This document shows positions 1 through 9,099 of a stretch of DNA of 64,000 nt, piece by piece. The translations under genes and the position numbers were made by a program. Below the pieces are notes generated by a model. That model had not been told where the DNA came from. It ran no database searches and saw only the letters and a list, made by a program, of their open reading frames with translations. Each line of letters begins with the position of its first letter. The first letter of the stretch is position 1. The stretch spans positions 186,001-250,000 of IMG/VR virus record IMGVR_UViG_3300046616_000314. One strand, 5' to 3'.

Positions 1-314
1 GCCAAATATGCCCAAAAAATTGCTATGGAGTTTGAAGATTCGAGTATCGAACAGATGATCGAACGCGAACGCCGTAGATGGGTGTTCGCTTAATAACTCT
101 TGTCGATGTACAGGATGTCTTCTGGACGCTGCTTCAGAGCGCGTAGATAGCCCGAGATTTCTCGTTCGGACATATTTTCATGGCGTTCAATGATACCATC
201 GACATATTCGATGACCATTTCCAGCTTATCTTCATTGAGATAATAGCTGGCAACCGCTGGTGAGCGGAGCGAGAAATTCATTTGTTGGGATCAATCAAAA
301 AATAAAAAGAGCGT

Positions 315-389
315 TGGCGGCGATCAGAGGACTCGAACTTCTATACACCCTTTGCGAGGGCACCCGTATCCAATTCCGGGCAGATCGCC
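315..389 (-). tRNA. Non-canonical tRNA-like RNA, apparent anticodon GCA
   Basis: Acceptor GGCGATC/GATCGCC + G + CCA, D arm CCCG/CGGG, T loop TTCGAGT; anticodon loop lacks U33 and discriminator is G, not the Cys U73. Confidence 0.65.
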
Positions 390-446
390 ATGTCAAACGC
401 TGACCATTACTATATAGGGAATCATCAAAGCCCCGTCAAGGCTTGA

Positions 447-905
447 TTACGAATTTTCGTCAAAAATTTCGGCGTTTTGGAAAATGGCTTGGAAACGGGG
501 ATGAGCCATGAACTGTCCGACAGTGGATTTATCGGCGTAGATGAATCCCAGATCGGGGTCTTCGATGAACGCATAGTGACCCGGAGACGCATACTCGCGC
601 GCAGCGTCTTCCTTCAGAACCTCAAGGTCCAGGGCAAACATGAAGGGAATGACGTTGGTTGAAACGTCGGTCAGTTGCCGCCAAATCTGGTGGTGGATGG
701 CTTGTGAAGCATCCCAGAAATAGATGTCGTTTTGGAGAATGAACCCGCGAGCCAGACCATACTTTGCACGCTCTATTAGAGCTTTAGTGCCATTACGGGT
801 CGGGTTGATCGTAACCAATACATCGCGCCCGCGAATCTCAAAACGCTCAACTTTTTCGTTGAGTAGCGATTCTTCAATTATATCGATGTACTTGCGAAGG
901 CTCAT
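447..905 (-). CDS. Late protein with capsid-targeting-like N-terminus
   Basis: MSLRKYIDIIEES; ATAAATA 6 nt upstream of ATG. Confidence 0.6.
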   Translation of the reverse strand: MSLRKYIDIIEESLLNEKVERFEIRGRDVLVTINPTRNGTKALIERAKYGLARGFILQNDIYFWDASQAIHHQIWRQLTDVSTNVIPFMFALDLEVLKEDAAREYASPGHYAFIEDPDLGFIYADKSTVGQFMAHPRFQAIFQNAEIFDENS

Positions 906-914
906 AAAATATAT

Positions 915-1217
915 TTATGATCCGAGAAGACCTTTCAGTCGGGCACGTACCATAAGGTCTTCAAAGACTTCTTGGTTCCCGCTAAATTTATGTTCGAAAC
1001 GAACCTTGTGGATTTTGATACTCCACACATGGTCTCGTGGGCGCAACCTGATATAACCGGGACCGAAAATCACAAAGATATCCGTGCCAACCAGATCGCC
1101 CAAGAGCGATCCGGTTTCTTGCCGCATGTAATAATCGGCGCCCTGGCGGCGGCGAGCATCTTCCTGGCTCATACCGATCAAATGCAAAAACAGATTTCGG
1201 ATCAATTCATCGTTCAC
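915..1217 (-). CDS. Hypothetical protein
   Basis: ORF packed with neighbours on the minus strand. Confidence 0.55.
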   Translation of the reverse strand: MNDELIRNLFLHLIGMSQEDARRRQGADYYMRQETGSLLGDLVGTDIFVIFGPGYIRLRPRDHVWSIKIHKVRFEHKFSGNQEVFEDLMVRARLKGLLGS

Positions 1218-1544
1218 TTAATCAATCCTTTCAGCTTAAAAAAGCAAATATCTTCATCAAAATGTTGATGGGAGCCGCGAAGGTAGAAATGCCCATCAAG
1301 GTATTTCACTTCCCACATTTCAGCCATGAGAATTACGTTAAAGAAACTGTCGTTGCTATACATATAAGTGAAACTATGACCTTCAACTTCCGTATCGCTT
1401 TGGAATGCACCGACCTTAGCCGGTCCATGGATAGCCAGTTCCTTCTTGTGTCGGTCATGAATCTCTTGTGGAATACTGGTAGCAACCACTCGGATTAGAC
1501 CGTCAACCGTATCAAACAGGTTGGGGTCTAATCTGAGTGGCTTT

Positions 1545-2441
1545 TTACCGGTTGGTGAAGCGATCAAGGACATTTTGAACCTCGCGCAAAACCAACTCGA
1601 CTGGGACATTCTTAGCGACGGCGTTATCCAGGCTACCATAGTGCTGTTCCAAACATTGGAACATGATAGTCTTGATTTCTTCCTCATCGGGACCGAACGG
1701 AAGCTTGCTTTCCTTGTAAACCGTTTCCAGTTCACTTTCGGTCTTGGTGAAGAATTGCTCGACCTGATCCAGAGTCCATTCGCCGTTGCGGATAGCAATC
1801 AGCTTACGGTTATTCCGTTGCAGGTCCAAGTCACCTTCGGTCAAGATTTGCTCGACTTCGCCCAAGAGGCGAACCAGATGGTACGCGAACTTGGTATCGT
1901 AGCCGTACTTGGCGATGGTCTCGGCTCGCTTCGGATTGCTCCGATTTTGCTTCGACTTGATCTTACCCAATTGCGTGAAGGCGTAACCCTTGAAGCTATG
2001 CCACGCGCCACGGTGCAGGAACTTGCGACGATTGTCGCGCATGATCTGACCAATGCCCGTGCAGTGAACGACGCAGTTCGCAGGCGTGAACATGCTGTCG
2101 ATCATGTTGGGATTGTTTTCCATGCACAAGTTGAAATACTTGACGATGTTGTAAACAACAAAGTCGTATTCAGCCTTACCGCTGGGGTCCTTAATGTGGT
2201 GCTCTTGCCACTGACCAAAACGCTCGCGTTCCTTGTCGGCGCCGAAGCCTTCGACATAACCGGCAAGGTGAGGAAACAGCATGTCCTTGGGAGGAACGCA
2301 GAAACCGTAATAGTCGATGTCGGACGAGTCGCGGCTAACGCCATAAGCCATCGAGCCCATGATCGTCAGATATGCGGTATTGTCCGCCAACCATTTCGGC
2401 GGCGTGATCAGTCCGTGCTTTTGAAGGTCGTGGATGATCAT
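1545..2441 (-). CDS. Pol-beta superfamily nucleotidyltransferase (RlaP/YcgL-like)
   Basis: GSMAYGVSRDSSDIDYYG motif; NNPN and YDTKFAYHLVRLL family motifs. Confidence 0.85.
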   Translation of the reverse strand: MIIHDLQKHGLITPPKWLADNTAYLTIMGSMAYGVSRDSSDIDYYGFCVPPKDMLFPHLAGYVEGFGADKERERFGQWQEHHIKDPSGKAEYDFVVYNIVKYFNLCMENNPNMIDSMFTPANCVVHCTGIGQIMRDNRRKFLHRGAWHSFKGYAFTQLGKIKSKQNRSNPKRAETIAKYGYDTKFAYHLVRLLGEVEQILTEGDLDLQRNNRKLIAIRNGEWTLDQVEQFFTKTESELETVYKESKLPFGPDEEEIKTIMFQCLEQHYGSLDNAVAKNVPVELVLREVQNVLDRFTNR

Positions 2442-2509
2442 ACTCGTCTCCTATTCAAAGACGAGTATAGACCAAAATTTCAAATATGCAAGAATATTAT
2501 CGTGTATAC

Positions 2510-2956
2510 CTAAGCATACAGAATTTGAGCATCATACCGCTTCAAGAACATTTCCCAATTGGAAAACTTTCTTGGGTCTACTTCGATCTGATGGTTCGCG
2601 ATCAACTCTTTGACCACTGCCACAGGAACGACGCCTTCTGGCAATTCCGATAGTTCAGAGCCGTTGAGGGCACTGAAGGAATTGTTATGGCAGATCACTT
2701 CGCGAATTTGCTCAGCCGAAGATTCCACTCTGAATTGCGATAGAAGGAAGCCCAATAGTGCGTCGAAATTTTCGGCAAGTTTGCGCGACATATCGGGCAA
2801 ATGATTTAGCTCGACAATCTCGCGCGCCTTCTTGGCGGCAGTTGAAAATTTGTCAGCAACCATGACTTCATCGGTGATCATCTGACCCCCGTTGAGTGTC
2901 GCGGTAAAAAGTGACGTTGGCATAACCCGTTCCCATATTTGGTTTACGAAAACCAT
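2510..2956 (-). CDS. Hypothetical protein
   Basis: 148-aa ORF in a minus-strand operon. Confidence 0.5.
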   Translation of the reverse strand: MVFVNQIWERVMPTSLFTATLNGGQMITDEVMVADKFSTAAKKAREIVELNHLPDMSRKLAENFDALLGFLLSQFRVESSAEQIREVICHNNSFSALNGSELSELPEGVVPVAVVKELIANHQIEVDPRKFSNWEMFLKRYDAQILYA

Positions 2957-2997
2957 ATCGGAGTCGGCTTGTCAACACATTGCGTCAAAAATTGCTG

Positions 2998-3600
2998 CTA
3001 AGAGTCCCAATGACTCGAATCAGTGCTCACCAAATGGTCAAGCTTTCGGAGAGCCGTGGAAAAACGAGGTTCCGCAATTCCTGTACCATAGACCCATTTT
3101 AGATTGCCATGCGACCGAATGCCGTAGGAGCCAATCTCAATTCCGCCAAGTTCGATGTCAAACCCTTCTGGGGTTTCAACGACCTTTAACTCATTGATTG
3201 GAATGCGTTTTTTAGAAACTAGGTCTTCGAATTTGAACAGACATTGGTCTATGAGCCATTGCAAAGAGCTATCGTTCGTTACGTCGGAAACGTAAAGTTC
3301 GACCTTCATAAACGACTTTTTATGGAGGTCGTCAACATGCGGTTCTTGTCGGAAACAAGGCGTACATGCGACATATCGTCCCTTCGGGAGGTCGCCTGCC
3401 AAATCGCGCTCGATAAACGCTTGCTCTGCGGAGCCCACCAGAGCCCCAATGTCGGACTTGACGACAAATTCCTCTTTTGGACAGGTCGCCATGATAGCGG
3501 AATGCGAAGCTACATAGGGAAGTTCTACATACGTGAAACCAGAATGTTTATAATATTCAACTGCTTGAGCCAAATAATCCCAGTTAGTTTCGATGTCCAT
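2998..3600 (-). CDS. Stand-alone class II aaRS-like catalytic core (SerRS-like)
   Basis: Motif 1 GFTYVELP, LVGSAE, motif 2 TPCFRQE..H..FMKVEL, motif 3 GTGIAEPR; no tRNA-binding arm. Confidence 0.75.
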   Translation of the reverse strand: MDIETNWDYLAQAVEYYKHSGFTYVELPYVASHSAIMATCPKEEFVVKSDIGALVGSAEQAFIERDLAGDLPKGRYVACTPCFRQEPHVDDLHKKSFMKVELYVSDVTNDSSLQWLIDQCLFKFEDLVSKKRIPINELKVVETPEGFDIELGGIEIGSYGIRSHGNLKWVYGTGIAEPRFSTALRKLDHLVSTDSSHWDS

Positions 3601-4411
3601 TTAGGAATGCTCGTTTAGTAACATCGCTCATAGCGATTAGGTCTTTAATAGTTAGCTGCGGATGATGCTTTTCGAGATAGGCAGAAATTGAACCAATCAA
3701 ATCCGACAACTCCACCAGTGCCATAATATGAACGCCTTGATCTAGGGCATCAAAAAATTCTTCAATTTCTTCTTTGATCTTACTAGCTTCGCCGAGTGTG
3801 CCTTTTTGAATGAAAGCTTTGTGATAGCCCGGCTTCGCTACGCTGTTGGGTTTGGCAATCTCTGCAATCCATTCCCAAAGTTCCGCAACAGGCTTTGGGT
3901 TGGAAAAAGGACAAACTTCGGGCGCACCCTCTATGGCTATGACCCGAGCAAATTCCTTCACATTGTGTGAGCCGAACTTTCGCTGCAAAAACGTAACGGT
4001 GTCTTGCTCAACGTGGGTGGTATGAAAAACCTCAGATGCGATGGAGTAGCTACACCCCGCTGTCATGTTCTGTCTGGAAACCTCGTGTGGGTTGCCTCTG
4101 ATACGATGCGTGGGCGCGGTTTCGCCAGGAGTACAAGAGACATGGCGCATTTCCCACATACCATGAGTATCAACCTCAAAATGATATAGGGTTTGCTCCA
4201 ACGATCCCTTCAGAATTGTCGAATTAAAAAAATATCTATGGTCATGAATTTCTTCATCACCAACGTCGGCTTCTAATTGTGGCGACCAAAAATGAACCCG
4301 TTGATGGCTGTTCAATTTCAGTTGAATGAAGCCGAGACCGAACCAGCTAGGTTCAGCCCCGGTTTCTTTCAGATAATCGATATTGAGTAATTTGCTCGTA
4401 TCGATTTCCAT
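3584..4411 (-). CDS. Cupin-like domain fused to MazG-like NTP pyrophosphatase
   Basis: IHDH...FH N-terminal motif; C-terminal KIKEEIEEFFDA...VELSDL. Confidence 0.65.
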   Translation of the reverse strand: MEIDTSKLLNIDYLKETGAEPSWFGLGFIQLKLNSHQRVHFWSPQLEADVGDEEIHDHRYFFNSTILKGSLEQTLYHFEVDTHGMWEMRHVSCTPGETAPTHRIRGNPHEVSRQNMTAGCSYSIASEVFHTTHVEQDTVTFLQRKFGSHNVKEFARVIAIEGAPEVCPFSNPKPVAELWEWIAEIAKPNSVAKPGYHKAFIQKGTLGEASKIKEEIEEFFDALDQGVHIMALVELSDLIGSISAYLEKHHPQLTIKDLIAMSDVTKRAFLNGHRN

Positions 4412-4417
4412 GGATGA

Positions 4418-5218
4418 TTAGCCTTTCCAACCATCGGGAGGGGTGCAACCAGCAACCATCGCGGGGAAGGCTTGTGGCTTGGTGTTGATCTTCTGACGCA
4501 GATCGATACCACGACGACGCAGACCAGCCGCGTTGTCGTAATAAAGAACGATCATTGCAGCCAGATCGCCACGCTTGAATTCAACCGTTTGGGTAGCAAA
4601 TTCAGTGGCTTCACCGAAACCGGTTCCTAGCGATTGAGTCACAACGTCAGAGAGATCAAGAGGCTCAGCGATATCGGAGGTATGTGCCATATTTGACAAA
4701 GTGGCGCCCACTGCCATTGTCGAAGCCACGGCGTGACCCATCATACCTTTGGTGTAATCACCGGTTCCACCACCGAACGGTGCGGAACAATTTACGGCTC
4801 TCATAAAGCCACCGGCACGGTACGCGGGTTTCGGAGGAACTTCCTTGAAAGCCATGACACCGACAACACCGGTATTCGCAGCAGAGCCGCAGGTCGTTTG
4901 AGCCGCATACGAGGCTTTCTTACCGGAGAATACGAACGCGGCAACTTGGTCAGTGGTCAGCATCCATCCGGGGATAGTGACCTTGCTACGAGCGTCAATG
5001 ACGTATCCCGAGCTTGCAACACCGGCTTCCTTGCCATCAATGATCGACAGACCATCTACGGAAATGACTGCTTCGACGCGAACATCCGAGCGGTTGTGAA
5101 CTTCAAGTTCGAAATTGCTACCTTCACGACCTTCCACGAAAGTTTCGCCTTCATGCAGATATTCGGTAATAGGGCGTCCTTTGATAAGGACAGTAAGTTG
5201 GATTTGATTGTGTAACAT
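4418..5218 (-). CDS. Conserved hypothetical protein next to vWA gene
   Basis: 266-aa ORF with typical coding bias; VISVDGLSII motif. Confidence 0.6.
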   Translation of the reverse strand: MLHNQIQLTVLIKGRPITEYLHEGETFVEGREGSNFELEVHNRSDVRVEAVISVDGLSIIDGKEAGVASSGYVIDARSKVTIPGWMLTTDQVAAFVFSGKKASYAAQTTCGSAANTGVVGVMAFKEVPPKPAYRAGGFMRAVNCSAPFGGGTGDYTKGMMGHAVASTMAVGATLSNMAHTSDIAEPLDLSDVVTQSLGTGFGEATEFATQTVEFKRGDLAAMIVLYYDNAAGLRRRGIDLRQKINTKPQAFPAMVAGCTPPDGWKG

Positions 5219-5236
5219 AATAAAAATTCCTAAAAA

Positions 5237-5875
5237 TTATTGAGCAAAGAAAGATTTGGAAACGGAAGTTCCGGCGGCGCGATAAGCGGTGGTAGCTGTT
5301 GCTAGCGTTCGCATCGTTTCGCGCATTTCAGAACTTGCGAATGATTTGACATTCCCGTCTTGGAAGCCGAGACGTGATGCGACTTTAAGTGCATCTTGGT
5401 CGGCTCCGAGGTAGACAAATGTCCAACCCTCTTCCGTATGACGCTCAATAGTCTCTTTTACTGTACCTTCTGAAAATTCTCTACTTGAATTGTCATCACC
5501 ATCGGTCATAACAACGAAAAGAACATTTGGTTTTGTTGTCCATGTCGAAACACGTTGCTTTAATGAAGCAATGCGTTCACCAATCGTATCTCTAAGATTG
5601 GTCATTCCGCCAGGGATGAACGTGTTATCGTTCATTTCTGGAACCATTTCAATATTTAAATCGATGTAGGGGGTACGTTGTCCATACGAATCGAACTTCG
5701 TAAGGGTCAAAAGACATTTGCCGTCTTGAGAGCGTTGTTCCGTGAGGAAATCATTGTAACCGCCGATGGTCTGCCCTTTGCAGGAAGACATTGAACCGGT
5801 TTCGTCCAATAAAAATTCAATAATTGTGGGAACAAAAGTTTGCGCAATAGGCGCGTGTTTAGGCTTTCTAGCCAT
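5237..5875 (-). CDS. vWA domain protein
   Basis: MIDAS DETGSM, TNLRD, MTDG; start ATG 5875 after GGAG SD. Confidence 0.85.
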   Translation of the reverse strand: MARKPKHAPIAQTFVPTIIEFLLDETGSMSSCKGQTIGGYNDFLTEQRSQDGKCLLTLTKFDSYGQRTPYIDLNIEMVPEMNDNTFIPGGMTNLRDTIGERIASLKQRVSTWTTKPNVLFVVMTDGDDNSSREFSEGTVKETIERHTEEGWTFVYLGADQDALKVASRLGFQDGNVKSFASSEMRETMRTLATATTAYRAAGTSVSKSFFAQ

Positions 5876-6292
5876 GTTTATTTTCTCCTGTAGGACTACT
5901 GCCTTGCCTACTTGCAAGGTCTTCTGCCTACCATGACCAAACCTGATTGCTTGATCACTAGTATTTAGTATGCATTAACCATGCTTCCGATTGCAATATT
6001 AAAATTGACAGAATGGGAATTTCGTATAAGCTAGAAGGCATGTATATGGAATTAGCAAAACTGAAAGCTGCCTTGGATCAAGGCAGGACCGGCAAAGTAT
6101 CTATTAAGTATACTGCCGGTGTTTTGATTCGTGGTCAGGTTCGCCATGTCCTACGCCAATTTGAAGCGCGTAAGGGTATCATGGTTATCGAAAGCAAGGG
6201 CTGGCTCGAATCGCTCTTTGAAGTTTCGGGTGAGCTTGAGCCGATGTATGCCACCATGAAATTCATCTACGACAACATGCCCGAGCTTTCGA

Positions 6293-6739
6293 ATGATTGA
6301 TTATTACGAGCTTATCGGGCTCGCATTTTTGATCAAGAAAGCCCATGATGACGAATATTCTCCGAAAGTGTATCGACACAGCGGAGAAATATGTGATGTC
6401 CTCGTTGAAATCGAATGCAATGGCGGGACGATCATGATCGCTTCCGAGCGCGTGGATGGCTCGTCTGGCATATGGCAAGATTCCCACATGATTCGGGTTG
6501 AAGGTGATATCGAAATTTGGCGCATCACTCTTCCCCATTTCGTGTTGACGAATTATCTCTATTTCATTCGCTTTGTATCAATCCCTAAAAATATCACATT
6601 GACTGATCAAACCCCCGGTGAACGCTGGTGTCCTCGGTCGGGTAACGCCGATCAGCGTGAAAATGATTTGGTCGTCCTTAAAATGCGATATCCAGGGGCG
6701 AATGAAATTTTTGACCGGTTGGAACAAAAAACTTATTGA
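6293..6739 (+). CDS. Hypothetical protein
   Basis: ORF overlapping the stop of the preceding ORF. Confidence 0.5.
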   Translation: MIDYYELIGLAFLIKKAHDDEYSPKVYRHSGEICDVLVEIECNGGTIMIASERVDGSSGIWQDSHMIRVEGDIEIWRITLPHFVLTNYLYFIRFVSIPKNITLTDQTPGERWCPRSGNADQRENDLVVLKMRYPGANEIFDRLEQKTY

Positions 6740-6940
6740 CATCCCTCTCCCTCTCCACTAAATATAGTAAGAACGAATTTTAACCCGCCCGAAAGGCACG
6801 TATCGTCAATGTCGTAGATTGCTGGACATAAAAATTCACTGACACAACAAGACGCCCGTATTGCGACTCTGATCGCGATGGGTCGTTCTTCATATAATGC
6901 GTTCACCCGTCTGCGTTCATTCGCTGGCGGGATTTTTGCG
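6736..6940 (+). promoter_or_regulatory. Promoter plus structured leader with ATG-TCG-TAG mini-ORF and terminator-like hairpin
   Basis: TTGACA 6736, CTAAATA 6758, GAAAGGC SD-like, ATG 6809, hairpins 6849-6890 and 6906-6931 followed by ATTTTT. Confidence 0.5.
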
Positions 6941-6961
6941 TTCTATTCCAAGGAAAAAATA

Positions 6962-7294
6962 ATGACTACCCAACTTATCGCCGAAGAGGGCGATGAGGAT
7001 GATGACGACTGGGATTTGGACGAAGACGAATATCCCGACTTCCTCCACGAAAATGCCTGGGAAGATCATCCCGCTTATCTCAAGATTATCGCAGACATGC
7101 CCAAGGGCTGGAACATCGTAAAGGTGGTCAATTTCACCAATATGTCGATTAGCCAAATGGAAAATTGGCTCAAGACACGTTGTGAAGGAAAGTACAAGCA
7201 AGTCGGATTCAAGTCTGGTTGCTCGTACATGGTCGCGGTCGAATTCGAAATGATCGAAGACGCCGTTATGTTCAAAATGCGGTGGAAAAAATGA
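6962..7294 (+). CDS. Small protein, ..EDA.(M/L)FKL.W family
   Basis: AGGA SD before ATG 6962; C-terminus EDAVMFKMRWKK. Confidence 0.7.
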   Translation: MTTQLIAEEGDEDDDDWDLDEDEYPDFLHENAWEDHPAYLKIIADMPKGWNIVKVVNFTNMSISQMENWLKTRCEGKYKQVGFKSGCSYMVAVEFEMIEDAVMFKMRWKK

Positions 7295-7575
7295 CTGCAA
7301 AAAGATTGCTTCGGCATATTGACATCAGCCACAAAGACTTCATGTTTGCACAGAAGGCAGAGTGGAAAGAGTTTCACAGAATACCGATGAACGAATACAT
7401 CGCTCGTCAGTATAAAAAGCAAAAGGAGATTGAATGGTGGTGTAATGAACACTTGACTGGTCGCTGGTTTCACAGCGATGGATTTGAAATGTACTACTTT
7501 GACAACGAAGACAGTGCCGTTATGTTCAAACTGAAATATCATGACGACACTACAAACCCTGAAATGGAGAACTAA
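7291..7575 (+). CDS. Small protein, FKL family
   Basis: ATGA overlap; EDSAVMFKLKY. Confidence 0.65.
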   Translation: MTAKRLLRHIDISHKDFMFAQKAEWKEFHRIPMNEYIARQYKKQKEIEWWCNEHLTGRWFHSDGFEMYYFDNEDSAVMFKLKYHDDTTNPEMEN

Positions 7576-7578
7576 ACT

Positions 7579-7851
7579 ATGACTAATCTTGCAAAAACCT
7601 TTGAGACCCGCGCTGAATACTTGGAATTCCGCGCTGACTGGAAAGCCCAATACAAGCAACAAACGTTGCGTATTCGTAGCCTGCGTAAGCAAACCTACGA
7701 ACTTCGGGGCGAAGAACAGTCCTATGCTCAATCCAAACTGGCTTCGGCTCGTAAGGAAGCTAATCGTCAGATGCAAATTCTGATCGACACCAAGGCTGCG
7801 TTCAAGTTGGAACGCGAGCAACGCACTGAAACCCAAGCCGCTGCGGCTTAA
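7579..7851 (+). CDS. Basic helical hypothetical protein
   Basis: GGAG SD; similar to N-terminus of the next ORF. Confidence 0.75.
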   Translation: MTNLAKTFETRAEYLEFRADWKAQYKQQTLRIRSLRKQTYELRGEEQSYAQSKLASARKEANRQMQILIDTKAAFKLEREQRTETQAAAA

Positions 7852-7875
7852 TCTTTTAACTTACGGAGAAATAAT

Positions 7876-8442
7876 ATGTCTGTTCACGCTATGAAGCCTA
7901 CCTTCATCGACAAAGAAGGTTATATCCAGTGGATCGCCACTTGGAAAAAGGTCTACGCTCGCATGTCTAAGGACATTCGTCGGGACAAGGCGAAGCTGAA
8001 GGAAATGGCTCGCGCCAATCATCCCGAGACTGCCCAGTTCCAACACGAACTGGCACAAGCGCGAGCTATCGCTACCAAGTTCCTGACTCTTCGCCAGGAA
8101 GCCAAGGAACGTGCCGAACGTATCGTCTCGATGCATAAGCAACTTGCCGAACAGAACGCTTCGTTCCCCATGACGATTGAAGATTGTCGAACCATCGACT
8201 TCCATTTCAACAAGGGCTCGCTGGAATATACGTTCCTGCCCATGTGGACTTTGAAGACGAAGGGAATGACCTTCTATATCAATCATATCTCGTGTAACTC
8301 CCCGTGGGATACCCGAGAACTGGCGGAAGGTTCGACCCGTGGCATGATTCGTATCCGTAATTCGGATATCTCTATCGACGCCAACGGCATCGCGACCATC
8401 CAACCCAAGGCGTTGCGCAAGGAACTGTCGTTGGTTGCTTAG
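7876..8442 (+). CDS. Hypothetical protein
   Basis: GGAG SD, strong coding bias. Confidence 0.75.
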   Translation: MSVHAMKPTFIDKEGYIQWIATWKKVYARMSKDIRRDKAKLKEMARANHPETAQFQHELAQARAIATKFLTLRQEAKERAERIVSMHKQLAEQNASFPMTIEDCRTIDFHFNKGSLEYTFLPMWTLKTKGMTFYINHISCNSPWDTRELAEGSTRGMIRIRNSDISIDANGIATIQPKALRKELSLVA

Positions 8443-8502
8443 ATCGCCCAATAAGCCCCGGTTCTCTGGGGCTTGCTATCAGGTCCCAGAGACCTTTTTG
8501 TG

Positions 8503-8609
8503 GTCGGTGTAGCTCAATGGTAGAGCGTGAAATCAGTGGAGGGAACCGTGTACAGGTTCTTCGTTGAAGCTTGGTTTTGTGGCTATGGGTTCAAGTCCCA
8601 TCATCGACA
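8503..8609 (+). ncRNA. tRNA-like RNA with greatly extended anticodon arm
   Basis: Acceptor GTCGGTG/CATCGAC, D arm GCTC-AATGGTA-GAGC, T arm ATGGG-TTCAAGT-CCCAT; about 30 extra nt centrally; no CCA. Confidence 0.75.
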
Positions 8610-8682
8610 CGTTTTTTATCTTGACTAAATTCTTCTGTGCTATATATGTAGTGCATAGATTAATCCCTTGAGGAAATAATAC

Positions 8683-8715
8683 ATGGCAGAGATTGCAGTT
8701 CGCGGCTTCCGTTAG
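8683..8715 (+). promoter_or_regulatory. uORF MAEIAVRGFR* with its stop inside an SD-occluding hairpin
   Basis: GAGGA SD; TCCGTTAGGT/ACCTAATGGA stem covers the GGAG of the next gene. Confidence 0.55.
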
Positions 8716-8742
8716 GTAATCACCTAATGGAGACCTTAGAAA

Positions 8743-9060
8743 ATGGCACGTACTCATCGTCGGACCAGCAAATATTATCGCAAGCACGGTCCTTACTACA
8801 ACGAAGCAAAAGCCGACACCGGCTATCGCCGCAAGCCTTTCGCCCGTGATCCCAACCTTCACGGTCGCGATGGAGCCTACGGAGCCGAAATCGGTGGTGC
8901 TCAAAAGGATAGTCCCAACTGCCGCAATAGCTGGGATGAAGCCTTCGGTCCTAACCGGAAGCGTCACGCCAAGTCTCTGACTGGTCGTTATCGCCGCATT
9001 GTTGGGAACGAACAAATTCAAGAGGCTCTTGGCGAAATCGGTCAAGAGCCTCTTGACTAA
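8743..9060 (+). CDS. Arg-rich basic small protein
   Basis: MARTHRRTSKYYRK; GGAG SD. Confidence 0.75.
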   Translation: MARTHRRTSKYYRKHGPYYNEAKADTGYRRKPFARDPNLHGRDGAYGAEIGGAQKDSPNCRNSWDEAFGPNRKRHAKSLTGRYRRIVGNEQIQEALGEIGQEPLD

Positions 9061-9099
9061 ACGAAAATATAAGTTAGAAATTTAGTTCTCGTTTTGGAC

